Origin: a virus | Taxonomy: Duplodnaviria; Caudoviricetes | Strand: one strand, 5' to 3' | Virus record (IMG/VR): IMGVR_UViG_3300007622_000004 | Coordinates: 1,462-65,461 of that record | Length of the DNA stretch: 64,000 nucleotides | Part shown: positions 35,635 through 45,496 of the stretch, piece by piece | How the letters are laid out: each line of letters opens with the position of its first letter | Position numbering within the stretch: the stretch's first letter is position 1 | Made by a program: the position numbers and the translations under genes | Notes under the pieces: model-generated | What the model saw: only the letters and a program-made list of their open reading frames with translations | The model's database searches: none | What the model was told of the DNA's origin: nothing

Positions 35635-36114
35635 TCACCACCATACCTTTGAACCATCACAATTTTTCCCGACAAACTCTAACCACCAAGAAGCATAAAT
35701 CCAATCATTAATATAATCAGAATCTAAAGTATCTAGCTGTTTATTTTCTTCTTTCTGAAGATTATACGCAAATTGTTCTGTATTCTCTTTCATCCATTTA
35801 GACATATCTAAACAATCCATAGCAGATATACCATTATCTCCATCTCCATAAAATGTATATAAAGAATCGTCCAGATTGTCTGATTGACTTAAAATTCCCA
35901 AAAGATGATTGCCATACTTTCCTCTATACCAACAATCAGTTCCAAACATTGACCCTGCTGGGTTAATATTTTTAACAATTGGATTTGATTCTCTTTCGTT
36001 TTTCCAAGTACAATTGCCTTGTTCTTGTGTTTCAACACAATCAATACGGTTATCTTTATCTCTTGCTGCTTTTAAAGCACAAGGATATTCGTTAGGTATA
36101 TTATCTAATCCCAT
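35635..36114 (-). CDS. Hypothetical protein
   Basis: MGLDN..DCWYRGKYG. Confidence 0.72.
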   Translation of the reverse strand: MGLDNIPNEYPCALKAARDKDNRIDCVETQEQGNCTWKNERESNPIVKNINPAGSMFGTDCWYRGKYGNHLLGILSQSDNLDDSLYTFYGDGDNGISAMDCLDMSKWMKENTEQFAYNLQKEENKQLDTLDSDYINDWIYASWWLEFVGKNCDGSKVWW

Positions 36115-36117
36115 ATT

Positions 36118-36756
36118 TTACAACTCCCCTGCTTTTTCTGCTTTCATATAATCATAATGATCCCAATCTATATCAGCAATTGAATCATATTTGTAATGAT
36201 ATTCCCAACTTTCATCTGAAACAATTTCACCTTTATTAATTTTTATTTCTCCAGCAAAACACATTCCTGGTTCTTCATAATAAAGCCAAAACATAAGTTT
36301 AGGAAATTGTTTACTTAACTGTTCTTTTAAGAAATCACTTCCTGGACCCCAAGCAGTTTGATATTCAAAATGAATATATGATTCACCATTACTTTTTGTT
36401 ATAGGATTTTCAAAATCAGGATCTCCATTTTCCAAAATATTATATGTTGTTATATTACAATGCTCAATACCTGATGTATCAATACTATAATCACCCCATT
36501 TAGTCCCCCAATTTTCATTAGCCCAGTTATACCAATTATCTGAACCATACTTTTCAATAAGTTCTTTATTTTCTTCCCCTGCTATTGAACTAGTTGTATT
36601 TTCTAATTCAATTGGCATTGGGGTTAAACTTCTAAATATTTTATATTTATCATTAGAGGAACCAGTAGGCTCATCTGAAGTAATAAAATTAATAAACTCT
36701 ATTACGTCTTCTGTTTTACCCAACACCCCTAATGTATTTTGACAATGATTAGGCAT
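36118..36756 (-). CDS. DUF1281/YubB ferredoxin-like domain protein
   Basis: MPNHCQN..WYNWANENWGTKW..TAWGP..YEEPGMCFAG. Confidence 0.78.
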   Translation of the reverse strand: MPNHCQNTLGVLGKTEDVIEFINFITSDEPTGSSNDKYKIFRSLTPMPIELENTTSSIAGEENKELIEKYGSDNWYNWANENWGTKWGDYSIDTSGIEHCNITTYNILENGDPDFENPITKSNGESYIHFEYQTAWGPGSDFLKEQLSKQFPKLMFWLYYEEPGMCFAGEIKINKGEIVSDESWEYHYKYDSIADIDWDHYDYMKAEKAGEL

Positions 36757-37009
36757 TATTTTTCTCCGTTTCGTTAGTTATGTTTTTTCCTACATATTTT
36801 CTTTTTATATGATTATTAAAAGCTGCACCAATAGAAATAAATTTATTATGTATTAACGGCACAAAACTGCTTATATTAACATCTGGATATAAATACATTT
36901 GATTGTTTTTAAATACAGCAATTAAAGGGCCATAATCGTTTTCAATATTTTTGTAATAAATAATTTCTTTTAACAATGTTGATTCTTCACATTTAATATT
37001 TATTACCAC
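36749..37009 (-). CDS. Hypothetical (KTSC-like) protein
   Basis: STLLKEIIY..FKNNQMYLYPDV..SIGAAFNNHIK resembles KTSC domain. Confidence 0.6.
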   Translation of the reverse strand: MVINIKCEESTLLKEIIYYKNIENDYGPLIAVFKNNQMYLYPDVNISSFVPLIHNKFISIGAAFNNHIKRKYVGKNITNETEKNNA

Positions 37010-37010
37010 A

Positions 37011-37742
37011 TTACTCCTTTTTAAACAATTCTAATTGATTTACATTAATTTTAGAAAATTCTTCTTCAGTAAATTGAGGTCTAGGTATATTGTGTTCATC
37101 ACAAAATTCATACCATTTTTCATACCCAGCAGCATTACACAATTCTAAATCATATATTGATCTCATAAATTGTTCATCTGTTGGATAAACTTGATCATAA
37201 TCATCAAACTCATAACCTTTATTTACTAAATCAAAATAAATTCTTTCATAACAACTTTCTAAATTAAGTTTATCTTTATAAACTAAATCAGAATTAAAAT
37301 CATCAACCCAGTATTTAACTGTTTCAATTGCTTCTTTAAATTGTTTTTCAGCATAATCACCTTCATCAGCAATAGGATAATCATTTAATTGATCCATCCA
37401 TTCCATTGCTGCTATAAAAGCAATAGTAATATCTTCTTTTTTAATTTCATCTTTAAAAGGAAGTTCTTGTTTAAGAATACGACAAACTAATCTGTCAACA
37501 TTACCAACCATCCAATGACTATAATTTTCTATTCTAAAATCAAGAGGAAATCTAGACATTAAATCTTTTGTAATAACTTCAAAATTAGATACTTCTCTTA
37601 TATCAGAGTCTCTATTCTTATCAACTCCACAAAAACCCCAAGTTTTAAACATATCATCAGAACCCCAATAACCAAAATATTCTGGTTTTTGCAATCCATC
37701 TTTTGCGCACTTAAGTATATTTTCAACATAATTAAATATCAT
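37011..37742 (-). CDS. Hypothetical protein
   Basis: RDSDIREVSNF..HWMVG..LNDYPIADE. Confidence 0.75.
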   Translation of the reverse strand: MIFNYVENILKCAKDGLQKPEYFGYWGSDDMFKTWGFCGVDKNRDSDIREVSNFEVITKDLMSRFPLDFRIENYSHWMVGNVDRLVCRILKQELPFKDEIKKEDITIAFIAAMEWMDQLNDYPIADEGDYAEKQFKEAIETVKYWVDDFNSDLVYKDKLNLESCYERIYFDLVNKGYEFDDYDQVYPTDEQFMRSIYDLELCNAAGYEKWYEFCDEHNIPRPQFTEEEFSKINVNQLELFKKE

Positions 37743-37904
37743 TGTTTTTTTTCTTCCTTTCTAAATACTTGTTTAAATCAAACTTTGGTTTTAGATTTTC
37801 TCTTAAATTATTTGCTATTTCCCAACACTCATTTGCTTCTTTAATTTTATTTTGTTTATAAAACAAATCACCAAGTTGTTGGTATTCTTCCCATTCATAA
37901 AACA

Positions 37905-38381
37905 TTATTGCTCTTTGAATTTAAAAGATTGTTTTACAAAACTATTAAAAGCATCTGCCAATGAACCTTTTGCGTTACCAAAATCATTTACAGGTTCTTT
38001 GTCTTCAGCATCACGAAAAAGAACACTGCTTCCAATTTGTTTAGTATTAGAAGTACAAAATAACTTAACTCTTGTTTTTTTAGGGTGCTGAGATGCTGGT
38101 ATATCATTATATTCATCATTGTCTTTGTCAATAGGCGCTGCCCAACCACAAGTTCCAACAGTTAAATAATCATACTTAGAAGATTCAAGCAATAATTCAA
38201 TATCGCTTGTATCCAATAAATCATAAACATCTCCACCAGAAGAAATCTCAACTGCTTCAAAATTGTCTTCAGAAACATTTAATCCAAATATTACAGCTTT
38301 ATCGCTATCAAATGGATAATCTATTTCTTTTGAAATCTTAGTAATAAAATTTGCAAATACACTGTTTTTCATAATTTTCAT
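37905..38381 (-). CDS. Hypothetical protein
   Basis: TCGWAAP..PASQHPKKTRV. Confidence 0.75.
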   Translation of the reverse strand: MKIMKNSVFANFITKISKEIDYPFDSDKAVIFGLNVSEDNFEAVEISSGGDVYDLLDTSDIELLLESSKYDYLTVGTCGWAAPIDKDNDEYNDIPASQHPKKTRVKLFCTSNTKQIGSSVLFRDAEDKEPVNDFGNAKGSLADAFNSFVKQSFKFKEQ

Positions 38382-38413
38382 GTTATTTTCCTTTGTTTAT
38401 GTTAATTTTAAAT

Positions 38414-38785
38414 TTACCAGTTTCTAATTATGTGTATAAGATCATTACTCTTATTAACATAATATAAAGAAACTACTTCTTTGTTTTGCATACAATCATT
38501 ATTACTATTGTATTTGTAATATAATTGAATAGCATATTCATATTTATTATTGTCAATAGTGAACGATTTTGTATTTATTAAAGTTTTAGTTATATTATAT
38601 TCACTATTGATATAATTTTTATATTCTCCTATAAAACATATTTTCATAGAAGAACTCTTTATTGGTTGCGGCATAAAAAATTCTTTTTTATGTTTATTTG
38701 ACATCAACCAATCTTGTTCTACAATTTTTACATAATTAGTTATATCAGAAATTGTATTAATTTCTTCATTAATTATTGTCATCAT
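38414..38785 (-). CDS. Hypothetical protein
   Basis: 123 aa, very AT-rich. Confidence 0.55.
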   Translation of the reverse strand: MMTIINEEINTISDITNYVKIVEQDWLMSNKHKKEFFMPQPIKSSSMKICFIGEYKNYINSEYNITKTLINTKSFTIDNNKYEYAIQLYYKYNSNNDCMQNKEVVSLYYVNKSNDLIHIIRNW

Positions 38786-39020
38786 ATGTAATTAATTCCT
38801 TTTCCCATAATTTAAAATCAGGATTTATATCTGTATCATTTTCCCAATCAAAAAATGTAGTTTGTTTTTTTATTGTTAACAATGGAATAATTTCTAAATT
38901 TTTGTTATTTGATAAATCTTTTAATATTTTTTTAATTTCTTTGTCTTTAAGAAATTTTTGAATATCTTCTTTTTGTTCTTTAACTAATTTAATTTGTTTT
39001 TTTCTTTTATTAAACATCAT
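38769..39020 (-). CDS. Hypothetical protein
   Basis: 83 aa, overlapping operon. Confidence 0.55.
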   Translation of the reverse strand: MMFNKRKKQIKLVKEQKEDIQKFLKDKEIKKILKDLSNNKNLEIIPLLTIKKQTTFFDWENDTDINPDFKLWEKELITYDDNN

Positions 39021-39210
39021 TATTTCTTTCTTGTGTTTTTAATAACTGACATATTTTAATAACTTTTTCTACTTTTTCATTACTTTCATTATTAATTAAT
39101 ATATTTCTTAATATCCAATTGTAATCTTTTGTTCTAAATACTGGAATTTGTATTTGACTTGCTAATTTATCAAGTTCATTTAACAATAAATGCCTTGTGT
39201 AATTATCCAT
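39010..39210 (-). CDS. Hypothetical protein
   Basis: QIPVFRTKDYNWILRNI. Confidence 0.65.
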   Translation of the reverse strand: MDNYTRHLLLNELDKLASQIQIPVFRTKDYNWILRNILINNESNEKVEKVIKICQLLKTQERNNDV

Positions 39211-39212
39211 AT

Positions 39213-39446
39213 TTAATGATCTCCTTGTTCTAATAAATCTGCTCTAACATTTAGGCTTGTTAACTCTGATTTTTTAACCCAAAAATAATTTGATTTATGT
39301 AATAAAGCAGGAGTATATTCTTTTCTAAATTCTCTTTCTAAAATGTCTACTCCAATTTTTTGACAACTACTAGACAAACAATAGTTATATCCTGCTAAAT
39401 GTCTTTCAATAATATATTCTTGATCACAATAAATACATATTGGCAT
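39213..39446 (-). CDS. Zn-finger hypothetical protein
   Basis: CIYC..GYNYCLSSSC..LHKSNY. Confidence 0.7.
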   Translation of the reverse strand: MPICIYCDQEYIIERHLAGYNYCLSSSCQKIGVDILEREFRKEYTPALLHKSNYFWVKKSELTSLNVRADLLEQGDH

Positions 39447-39559
39447 ATTTTTTCCTTTAAAAGAAATAAGGTTTTATATAATATTTTTTCCTTATTATTT
39501 ATCGGGCGTATCCTGAGAGATAAATTTATTAAATTAATATAACCCGAATTAATTTGTAA

Positions 39560-39982
39560 TTAAATATAACCTATTTCAGCAATTTTTTCACGAATAGGTT
39601 TTCTTGTTTCATTACGCAAATCAATTATTGCTTGTTTTTTAACAAGCAATTCTTTCAACTTGTCAATGTTTTCTTTATTTGCTAATTCTACACAATCGTT
39701 AATAACAACATTATATCCTCTGTATAATAAAGAAATAACTAATTTTAATTGCTCAATGTTTGACAAATACAAAAACCTTCTGTCTTCACCTAAATCATAC
39801 AATTCATTTTTTCTAAGTTTTCTAATTATTGTTGATTCTATTAAGAAATCCATAAATTCAATTTCTGGTTTAGTATTATACCAATTTAATTCTGGACTAA
39901 ACTTTTTTAACTTAAATTGAGTTTGACCTCTTACTTTTAATTTACCACTTGTAATTAAAGTGTTAGTATTTACCTTAAGCAT
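39560..39982 (-). CDS. Hypothetical protein
   Basis: 140 aa, AAGGAG RBS. Confidence 0.68.
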   Translation of the reverse strand: MLKVNTNTLITSGKLKVRGQTQFKLKKFSPELNWYNTKPEIEFMDFLIESTIIRKLRKNELYDLGEDRRFLYLSNIEQLKLVISLLYRGYNVVINDCVELANKENIDKLKELLVKKQAIIDLRNETRKPIREKIAEIGYI

Positions 39983-40002
39983 TTTTGCTCCTTTGTAATA
40001 GA

Positions 40003-40383
40003 TTATTTATTAACATCAAACTGACTTGGATGAATTTGCTGTGTGCTATTTATAAGTTTAGCCTGTTGCTTTTTCTTTGGTCCAAATACTCTATTTGAAT
40101 ATTTAGTGCCATCAGGATAAACAATACCTAAATAATTTGGATTGTCAATCTTTTTCTGAACATCATCTAACATAATAAACAATTGCTCAATTACAGCATA
40201 ATCAACAGCATAATCTTTATCTGTAACTGCGTAATAACGAATTTCTGAATTAGTTATTTCTTCTTTAATATAAATAACAACTCCATAACTAATTTTACCA
40301 AAATCTATGGCAAGACCAATAACTTCTGCTTCCATAAAATCTTGCTCATTATCATAAACTTTACCTAATAATTTATACGACAT
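40003..40383 (-). CDS. Hypothetical protein
   Basis: 126 aa, GAAAGG RBS. Confidence 0.7.
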   Translation of the reverse strand: MSYKLLGKVYDNEQDFMEAEVIGLAIDFGKISYGVVIYIKEEITNSEIRYYAVTDKDYAVDYAVIEQLFIMLDDVQKKIDNPNYLGIVYPDGTKYSNRVFGPKKKQQAKLINSTQQIHPSQFDVNK

Positions 40384-40480
40384 AAAAAATTTCCCTTTCT
40401 AATATGTTGGAATAATATATTACTATTCTGTATTTATGATTAACTACATTATTTATTCTTACAAATATACTTTGTATTAG

Positions 40481-40588
40481 TAATTTAGCGATTAAATTAC
40501 GGCATAATTTACGCACCAAATTACTCAGCAAATTAGCGACTAATTTAATTGCTAATTTAACGAATAATTTAATTCGTAATTTACGAAC
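40481..40588. repeat. Nine degenerate 12-bp tandem repeats (YAAWTTA-N5)
   Basis: taatttagcgat taaattacggca taatttacgcac caaattactcag caaattagcgac taatttaattgc taatttaacgaa taatttaattcg taatttacgaac. Confidence 0.75.
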
Positions 40589-40995
40589 TATAAAAATTGC
40601 CATTAGTCAGTTTATCGTCAAGTAAATTGAAAACTACAAATAAGTGAAAACTAATTTAAAGAAAGTTTTTTTTGCGGAGTAAAAAGACGGCCATTTGATC
40701 GGCCAATATTGTGCGTAGTATATCAAATACTTTACAGAAAACTTGTTGAAGCCTTTGCAAAAGTCTTAAGTAAATACTTTTTGCCGCCAACGTGTTTGAA
40801 AGTGTTATTTGGTAAATTTTAGTATATGTTTTTTACACGCAACAAATAGTTTGAAGAAGTCTTAAGTAAAGCACTCCCGTATATTTATTAATATTAATCT
40901 TAAAAATTGAGTGCATATTTTTCAACACATCAAGGGTTTTAATAAAGTTTGAATTTATAACGCTATTTCTTCAGAGCTTACCTTGATGGGTTTAG

Positions 40996-41823
40996 TTATT
41001 CAATACTAGATGATATGTCTTGCAAATAAGATAACATAGACCCGGTAAATTTAATACGACCAACATGAATCAAAGTGATAGTTGGATCAACCCAAATTGA
41101 ACCACCAATATCTTGCCAATATCTACAAAACCCATAATCTTCAGATAAAAATCTATTTTTTTCAGGGTCAATGTATGAATTAAAAAAAGCATATGTCTTT
41201 TCCATTTCTTTTTTTGTTAACGAACCAGTGTCGTCATTATATTTTAAATGAGGATAGGATTCAATCATCTTCTCAAAACATGATCGTTTAATTAACATAA
41301 AACCAGTGCCGGCATCATAAATTTCTATTGCCCCATTTTCAACCTTCAAAGTTGTTTGCTCTTTACCTTTTGCTGGATTAACAACAAATCTTAAACTTTT
41401 TGACATCAATTCGTCATACTTAACATCTTTAACAACAGCGTCATGCTTAACTTTTCTCCAATTAATATCTTTAATTGGATAAGCTGCAGTCATAACTTCT
41501 TTATCATGCCATAACAATTTAATAATATCTTCTGCTTCAAACCCAATATCTGCATCAATAAACATCATGTGAGTAAATTCACTATTTGCTAAAAATTTAG
41601 CAGAAATATTATTTCTGGCCCTTGAAATCAAACTGTCAGTAATTGTTGAAATTGCAAACTTTATTCCATGATCTCTAAAATACATTACTGTCTTTATTAC
41701 AGACATAAATGTTGATTCAGTTATTTGCTGGTCATAACAAGGTATAGCGATCATCACATACCATGATTTAATTTGCTCAGGGTTAATATCTATTTGGGAT
41801 TGTTCTATTTCTAATTTTGTCAT
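40996..41823 (-). CDS. GT-A fold glycosyltransferase-like protein, leaderless
   Basis: IAIPCY..SLISRARN..MFIDAD (DxD)..FLSEDYGFC..HVG; TATACT-N6-ATG. Confidence 0.78.
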   Translation of the reverse strand: MTKLEIEQSQIDINPEQIKSWYVMIAIPCYDQQITESTFMSVIKTVMYFRDHGIKFAISTITDSLISRARNNISAKFLANSEFTHMMFIDADIGFEAEDIIKLLWHDKEVMTAAYPIKDINWRKVKHDAVVKDVKYDELMSKSLRFVVNPAKGKEQTTLKVENGAIEIYDAGTGFMLIKRSCFEKMIESYPHLKYNDDTGSLTKKEMEKTYAFFNSYIDPEKNRFLSEDYGFCRYWQDIGGSIWVDPTITLIHVGRIKFTGSMLSYLQDISSSIE

Positions 41824-41919
41824 GATTCAAGTATATCTTAAAATATACAGCGACAACCCCTTTTATTAAATTTTTTAATACGGTATTTGCCGCGGTTTCA
41901 ACTTACTAATTATGAGCTT

Positions 41920-43659
41920 TTATAGATTTTCTAAAGTAAATTCAAACCCATCACGAGGGTTTGGTTTTGAAGAATAAGAACGCGAAAACCCGTTTTTGTT
42001 TCCATCATAAATAGAAACAGTTCCAGCATCTTCAAATTCATCATACTTCTCAGAATCAATACTAAAATCTAATATCTCTAAATCTATCTCATTATCAATC
42101 ATAATATTTGAAGCAGCAGCAAAAACAGAACCAGCTAAAGCATCAGCCATATCTTTTGACCCACCACTTGGGTGATCAATTCGGTTATTTGAAAATAATC
42201 TTAATTTCAATAATTCATCCTCAACTAAATGCTCTTCCCAATAACCACGCAATCTTGTGTCATATATGGCTGTCATTAAAGTGTCGTAATCGGTTTTCTT
42301 TACGCTATGAAAATCTGCATTTACTCCTAAAGCTCTTAAGCTCTGAATCATCTCAACAGATTGCCATCTATCAAAAGTAACTAAACCAACATCAAATCTT
42401 CTGCACAAATCAATAATCATTTGCCTTACTGAAGCAAAATTAATTTCTTGACCAGGTTCTGCTTGCCAGGAATATACTAAATCAACATTTATTACCGGCA
42501 ATCTTTCTACACCCATTGAAGTTTTAATTTCAGTAATGCCCGGACAATGAGTCATACATAAAGCTGATCTATCTCTATTTAATCCTAAATCAACATGAAT
42601 AAATCTTCTATGACTATCTGAATTATTAAACCAAGGATGAAAGCGGCCTTCTTCATCTAAAGGATTATCTGAATAATTAAAAGCTTTTCTAACTAAATTT
42701 TCATCTCTAAAATAAGCATCTTCCATACTTGGCGGCTCACATTCAAATCTTGCTTTAGCTTCAATTGGGTTTCTGATATATTCAGATTCTAATTGCTCTC
42801 TTTTGATTGTAGGATTAACTTCCCAAGTAGCAGCTTTAATTGTCCAAGTTTTTGGTTCTTTTTTTTCTCTAGAGTTATAATATCTTTGTTGAATAAAATC
42901 ACCTTTGTATCTAGGAAACGACAAAAGAATAACTTTACCTACTTCTGGAAACCGAGACATAACAGATAATTTACTCATATTATAAATTGCAGATGCTGAA
43001 CCTTTTGCCCTGGTATCTCCTTTTAATTCAGAATCAGTTTTAAATGCTGCAATTTCATCCAAAATAATTGTTAATACTTCATAACCTTCCCAGCCTTCAC
43101 TTTCTGAGTGACCAGAAAATAATCTAACCGGTCTTGAGAAGAAAAAAATTTCTGATACTCTTGGCTCAAAACCCACACTATTAAAATAAGGAGAGGCCAA
43201 TAATAAATTTTTTAATGGTTCAAAGAATACTCTTTGTGCTTGTTGAGCGTTTACAGCCAGGTTTAACAAATCTATATAGACACCGTGAGCTTTCCCGTAA
43301 TATCCCAAAGGATCTCTCAAACAATGTAGCAAATATGACGTATACGCGATAGATATTCTGCTACAATGGTCTTTCCCACTACCCTTACCGAGCATACAAA
43401 TAACTTCATTATCAGTATATTTATTGTAATATTCAGTTCCTTTTTCTTCACCCATTAATTTAATTAAAGTTGGCTTACGAAAGATTTGAGTACTATGTCT
43501 AACAATTTCAGTTTGAATTTCAGAAAGGTCTGGCAAACCCAAATACTTTTTGTCTTTAACAAAGACATCAATAGGTACAGGTTCTTCCATAAGCTCTTCT
43601 TGTTTCAAAAGCCTATTAAAATCTTCAAATTCAAGATTAACACCGAGATAATCAGACAT
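41920..43659 (-). CDS. terL: Terminase large subunit
   Basis: Walker A GKGSGKD, Walker B IILDE, nuclease HVDLG..DHPSGGSKDMADA. Confidence 0.92.
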   Translation of the reverse strand: MSDYLGVNLEFEDFNRLLKQEELMEEPVPIDVFVKDKKYLGLPDLSEIQTEIVRHSTQIFRKPTLIKLMGEEKGTEYYNKYTDNEVICMLGKGSGKDHCSRISIAYTSYLLHCLRDPLGYYGKAHGVYIDLLNLAVNAQQAQRVFFEPLKNLLLASPYFNSVGFEPRVSEIFFFSRPVRLFSGHSESEGWEGYEVLTIILDEIAAFKTDSELKGDTRAKGSASAIYNMSKLSVMSRFPEVGKVILLSFPRYKGDFIQQRYYNSREKKEPKTWTIKAATWEVNPTIKREQLESEYIRNPIEAKARFECEPPSMEDAYFRDENLVRKAFNYSDNPLDEEGRFHPWFNNSDSHRRFIHVDLGLNRDRSALCMTHCPGITEIKTSMGVERLPVINVDLVYSWQAEPGQEINFASVRQMIIDLCRRFDVGLVTFDRWQSVEMIQSLRALGVNADFHSVKKTDYDTLMTAIYDTRLRGYWEEHLVEDELLKLRLFSNNRIDHPSGGSKDMADALAGSVFAAASNIMIDNEIDLEILDFSIDSEKYDEFEDAGTVSIYDGNKNGFSRSYSSKPNPRDGFEFTLENL

Positions 43660-43844
43660 TATATTAATCCCAACTTAATCCCAATAGGGCAAAAATACAG
43701 TCTCAAATTCTGGCGATATGCCCCTATAGCCTTAAAAAGCCTTCTCAAATTCTGAGAGGTAGGGGGTATAGGCCCAAAAGCAGTTCTCAAATTCTGAGAG
43801 GTAGGGGGTATAGGGGCAAAAGTGGTTCTCAAATTATGAGCCAT
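43659..43844 (-). CDS. Possible 61-aa repeat peptide between terS and terL
   Basis: (QNLRTxFxPIPPTS) 14-aa repeats; overlaps terS stop and TAATG-coupled to terL. Confidence 0.35.
   Translation of the reverse strand: MAHNLRTTFAPIPPTSQNLRTAFGPIPPTSQNLRRLFKAIGAYRQNLRLYFCPIGIKLGLI
43701..43841. repeat. Four 42-bp tandem repeats with TCTCA-N5-TGAG(A) palindromic core
   Basis: Cores at 43701, 43743, 43785, 43827. Confidence 0.85.
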
Positions 43845-44418
43845 TTTGATCTTCGTTTTCTATGACAATAGTTTCTTTGCCCATTATTTGAAAAGCAATT
43901 TCCAATTCTCTTCTTACTTCTTCAGCAATCGCTGGATGTTTGGAGATAACATCTCTTAAAATTTTAGACAAAATTTGATTAACATTTTCAGCTTTCTGCA
44001 TTCTCTGAATGTACTCAGTATCAGCTTGGTTTCCAGCGCCCATAAGCTTGTGCAACTGAGCTTTCTTTGTTGCAATCTCCCCGGCAAGTTTAATTGCTTG
44101 TATTCTAGCCGCCACCATACCGTGATCTGTAGCAATATTAATTGTCTCCCAAGCCTCTTTGCTTAGTTCATCAAACTCTTGTAAAGCTTTTAAAGTATTA
44201 AATTGAACTCTTTCAAGGAAATAAGGATCATCTTCGGCACTTCTGTTTAAAATAAGTTTATATTCCTGAATATACTCCTTTACTTCATTAACGCTCAAAG
44301 ACATCAATGTTGCTATTTCGTTTTTTGAATAGCCTTTAACATGAAGCAAGCCAACCTCTTCTACATCTTTAATTTTATCTACAAAAGTTTTAGTTTTAGA
44401 TAATTCAGTATTAGACAT
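43834..44418 (-). CDS. Probable terminase small subunit
   Basis: N-term HTH (KGYSKNEIATLMSLSVNEVKEYI), helical oligomerisation region, upstream of terL. Confidence 0.7.
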   Translation of the reverse strand: MSNTELSKTKTFVDKIKDVEEVGLLHVKGYSKNEIATLMSLSVNEVKEYIQEYKLILNRSAEDDPYFLERVQFNTLKALQEFDELSKEAWETINIATDHGMVAARIQAIKLAGEIATKKAQLHKLMGAGNQADTEYIQRMQKAENVNQILSKILRDVISKHPAIAEEVRRELEIAFQIMGKETIVIENEDQNGS

Positions 44419-44432
44419 AAATATCTCCGATA

Positions 44433-45197
44433 TTAATCTTCATCTTCCTTTGTTCTGAAAGCTATCTGACCGCCGGCTTCAGATGCTTCTTTTGTAAGAT
44501 CTTCTAAAGTCATTCCGTGTTCTTTTACATAGTGAACTCTGTAATTAAACCACCCTTGAACCGCCTTCCACATTTTGTCGTCAGTAACTTTTTCAAGTTC
44601 TATCATTTCTTCAACGCTAAGAATAAAACTTAAAACACCTAATGGCATATAAACAACTGTGTCAAAACTTTTATCTTTACCTTTAGCAAACTTCTTCAAT
44701 AAGTTTTGGAATTGCATAACCAAATCTTTAATTGGCTGCCCAGCATAAAAATCTATATTCCCGTAAGCATTTCTTTCCCGAGGGCAATATTCATCAACAC
44801 CAGTGATTGTCCCAAAAGAGCGACACACTAAAGGCCTGTAGCCGTAGATTGTGCACCCACCTTTATAGAAAGCACAATGACGCTTAGTCTCGCCTCCCCA
44901 CACCCAATCAGGATCGCTGAGAGCGTATATGAGCGATTCTTTAACCTTACTGAACCATTCGTCAGCAAAAACCCTACCTTTATTTTCAAGGTTCAGGTAA
45001 TACTCTTTATTCAAATTAAAAGCAATGCTTGCGCATTCCATCATTGGCAGAATTAGACCAATCTTGCAACATTGCCCAGAACCCAAACATTTGAATTTAG
45101 TTTCGTTTTGTTTTGCCTCTAATACACGAACTTGATTGTAAACCATATCAAGCTCAGTAAAAAGATGTATATCGCTTATACCAACTGATTTGTTCAT
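44433..45197 (-). CDS. YkgJ-family Cys-cluster (Fe-S/Zn) protein
   Basis: CLGSGQCC..CAFYKGGCTIYGYRPLVCRSFG..CP. Confidence 0.75.
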   Translation of the reverse strand: MNKSVGISDIHLFTELDMVYNQVRVLEAKQNETKFKCLGSGQCCKIGLILPMMECASIAFNLNKEYYLNLENKGRVFADEWFSKVKESLIYALSDPDWVWGGETKRHCAFYKGGCTIYGYRPLVCRSFGTITGVDEYCPRERNAYGNIDFYAGQPIKDLVMQFQNLLKKFAKGKDKSFDTVVYMPLGVLSFILSVEEMIELEKVTDDKMWKAVQGWFNYRVHYVKEHGMTLEDLTKEASEAGGQIAFRTKEDED

Positions 45198-45496
45198 TTT
45201 CCACCCATGTTCTTTTTTCTAGCCATGTTCATTTTTCTTTGCTCTCTTTTTCTTAATTCTACCATCTTTTGCATAGGAGATTGAGGCCTTCTAGACGCTG
45301 CACCTTTATTAAGATTGCGACCTTTGCCTCTAAATTTCAACAAATCATATTTTTTACACCAGTTATACAAAGCCTGAGGAGTGATTTCAATATTATATGT
45401 TTGATTTAATAACTTAACTATGTCAGTCAAGTTCATTCGTTTCTTGACATAATGCTCATAAAGCCAAGTTTTATCCTTATAAGGGTCTAAAGTCAT
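45194..45496 (-). CDS. HTH DNA-binding protein
   Basis: DKTWLYEHYVKKRMNLTDI..QALYNWCKKY. Confidence 0.68.
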   Translation of the reverse strand: MTLDPYKDKTWLYEHYVKKRMNLTDIVKLLNQTYNIEITPQALYNWCKKYDLLKFRGKGRNLNKGAASRRPQSPMQKMVELRKREQRKMNMARKKNMGGK

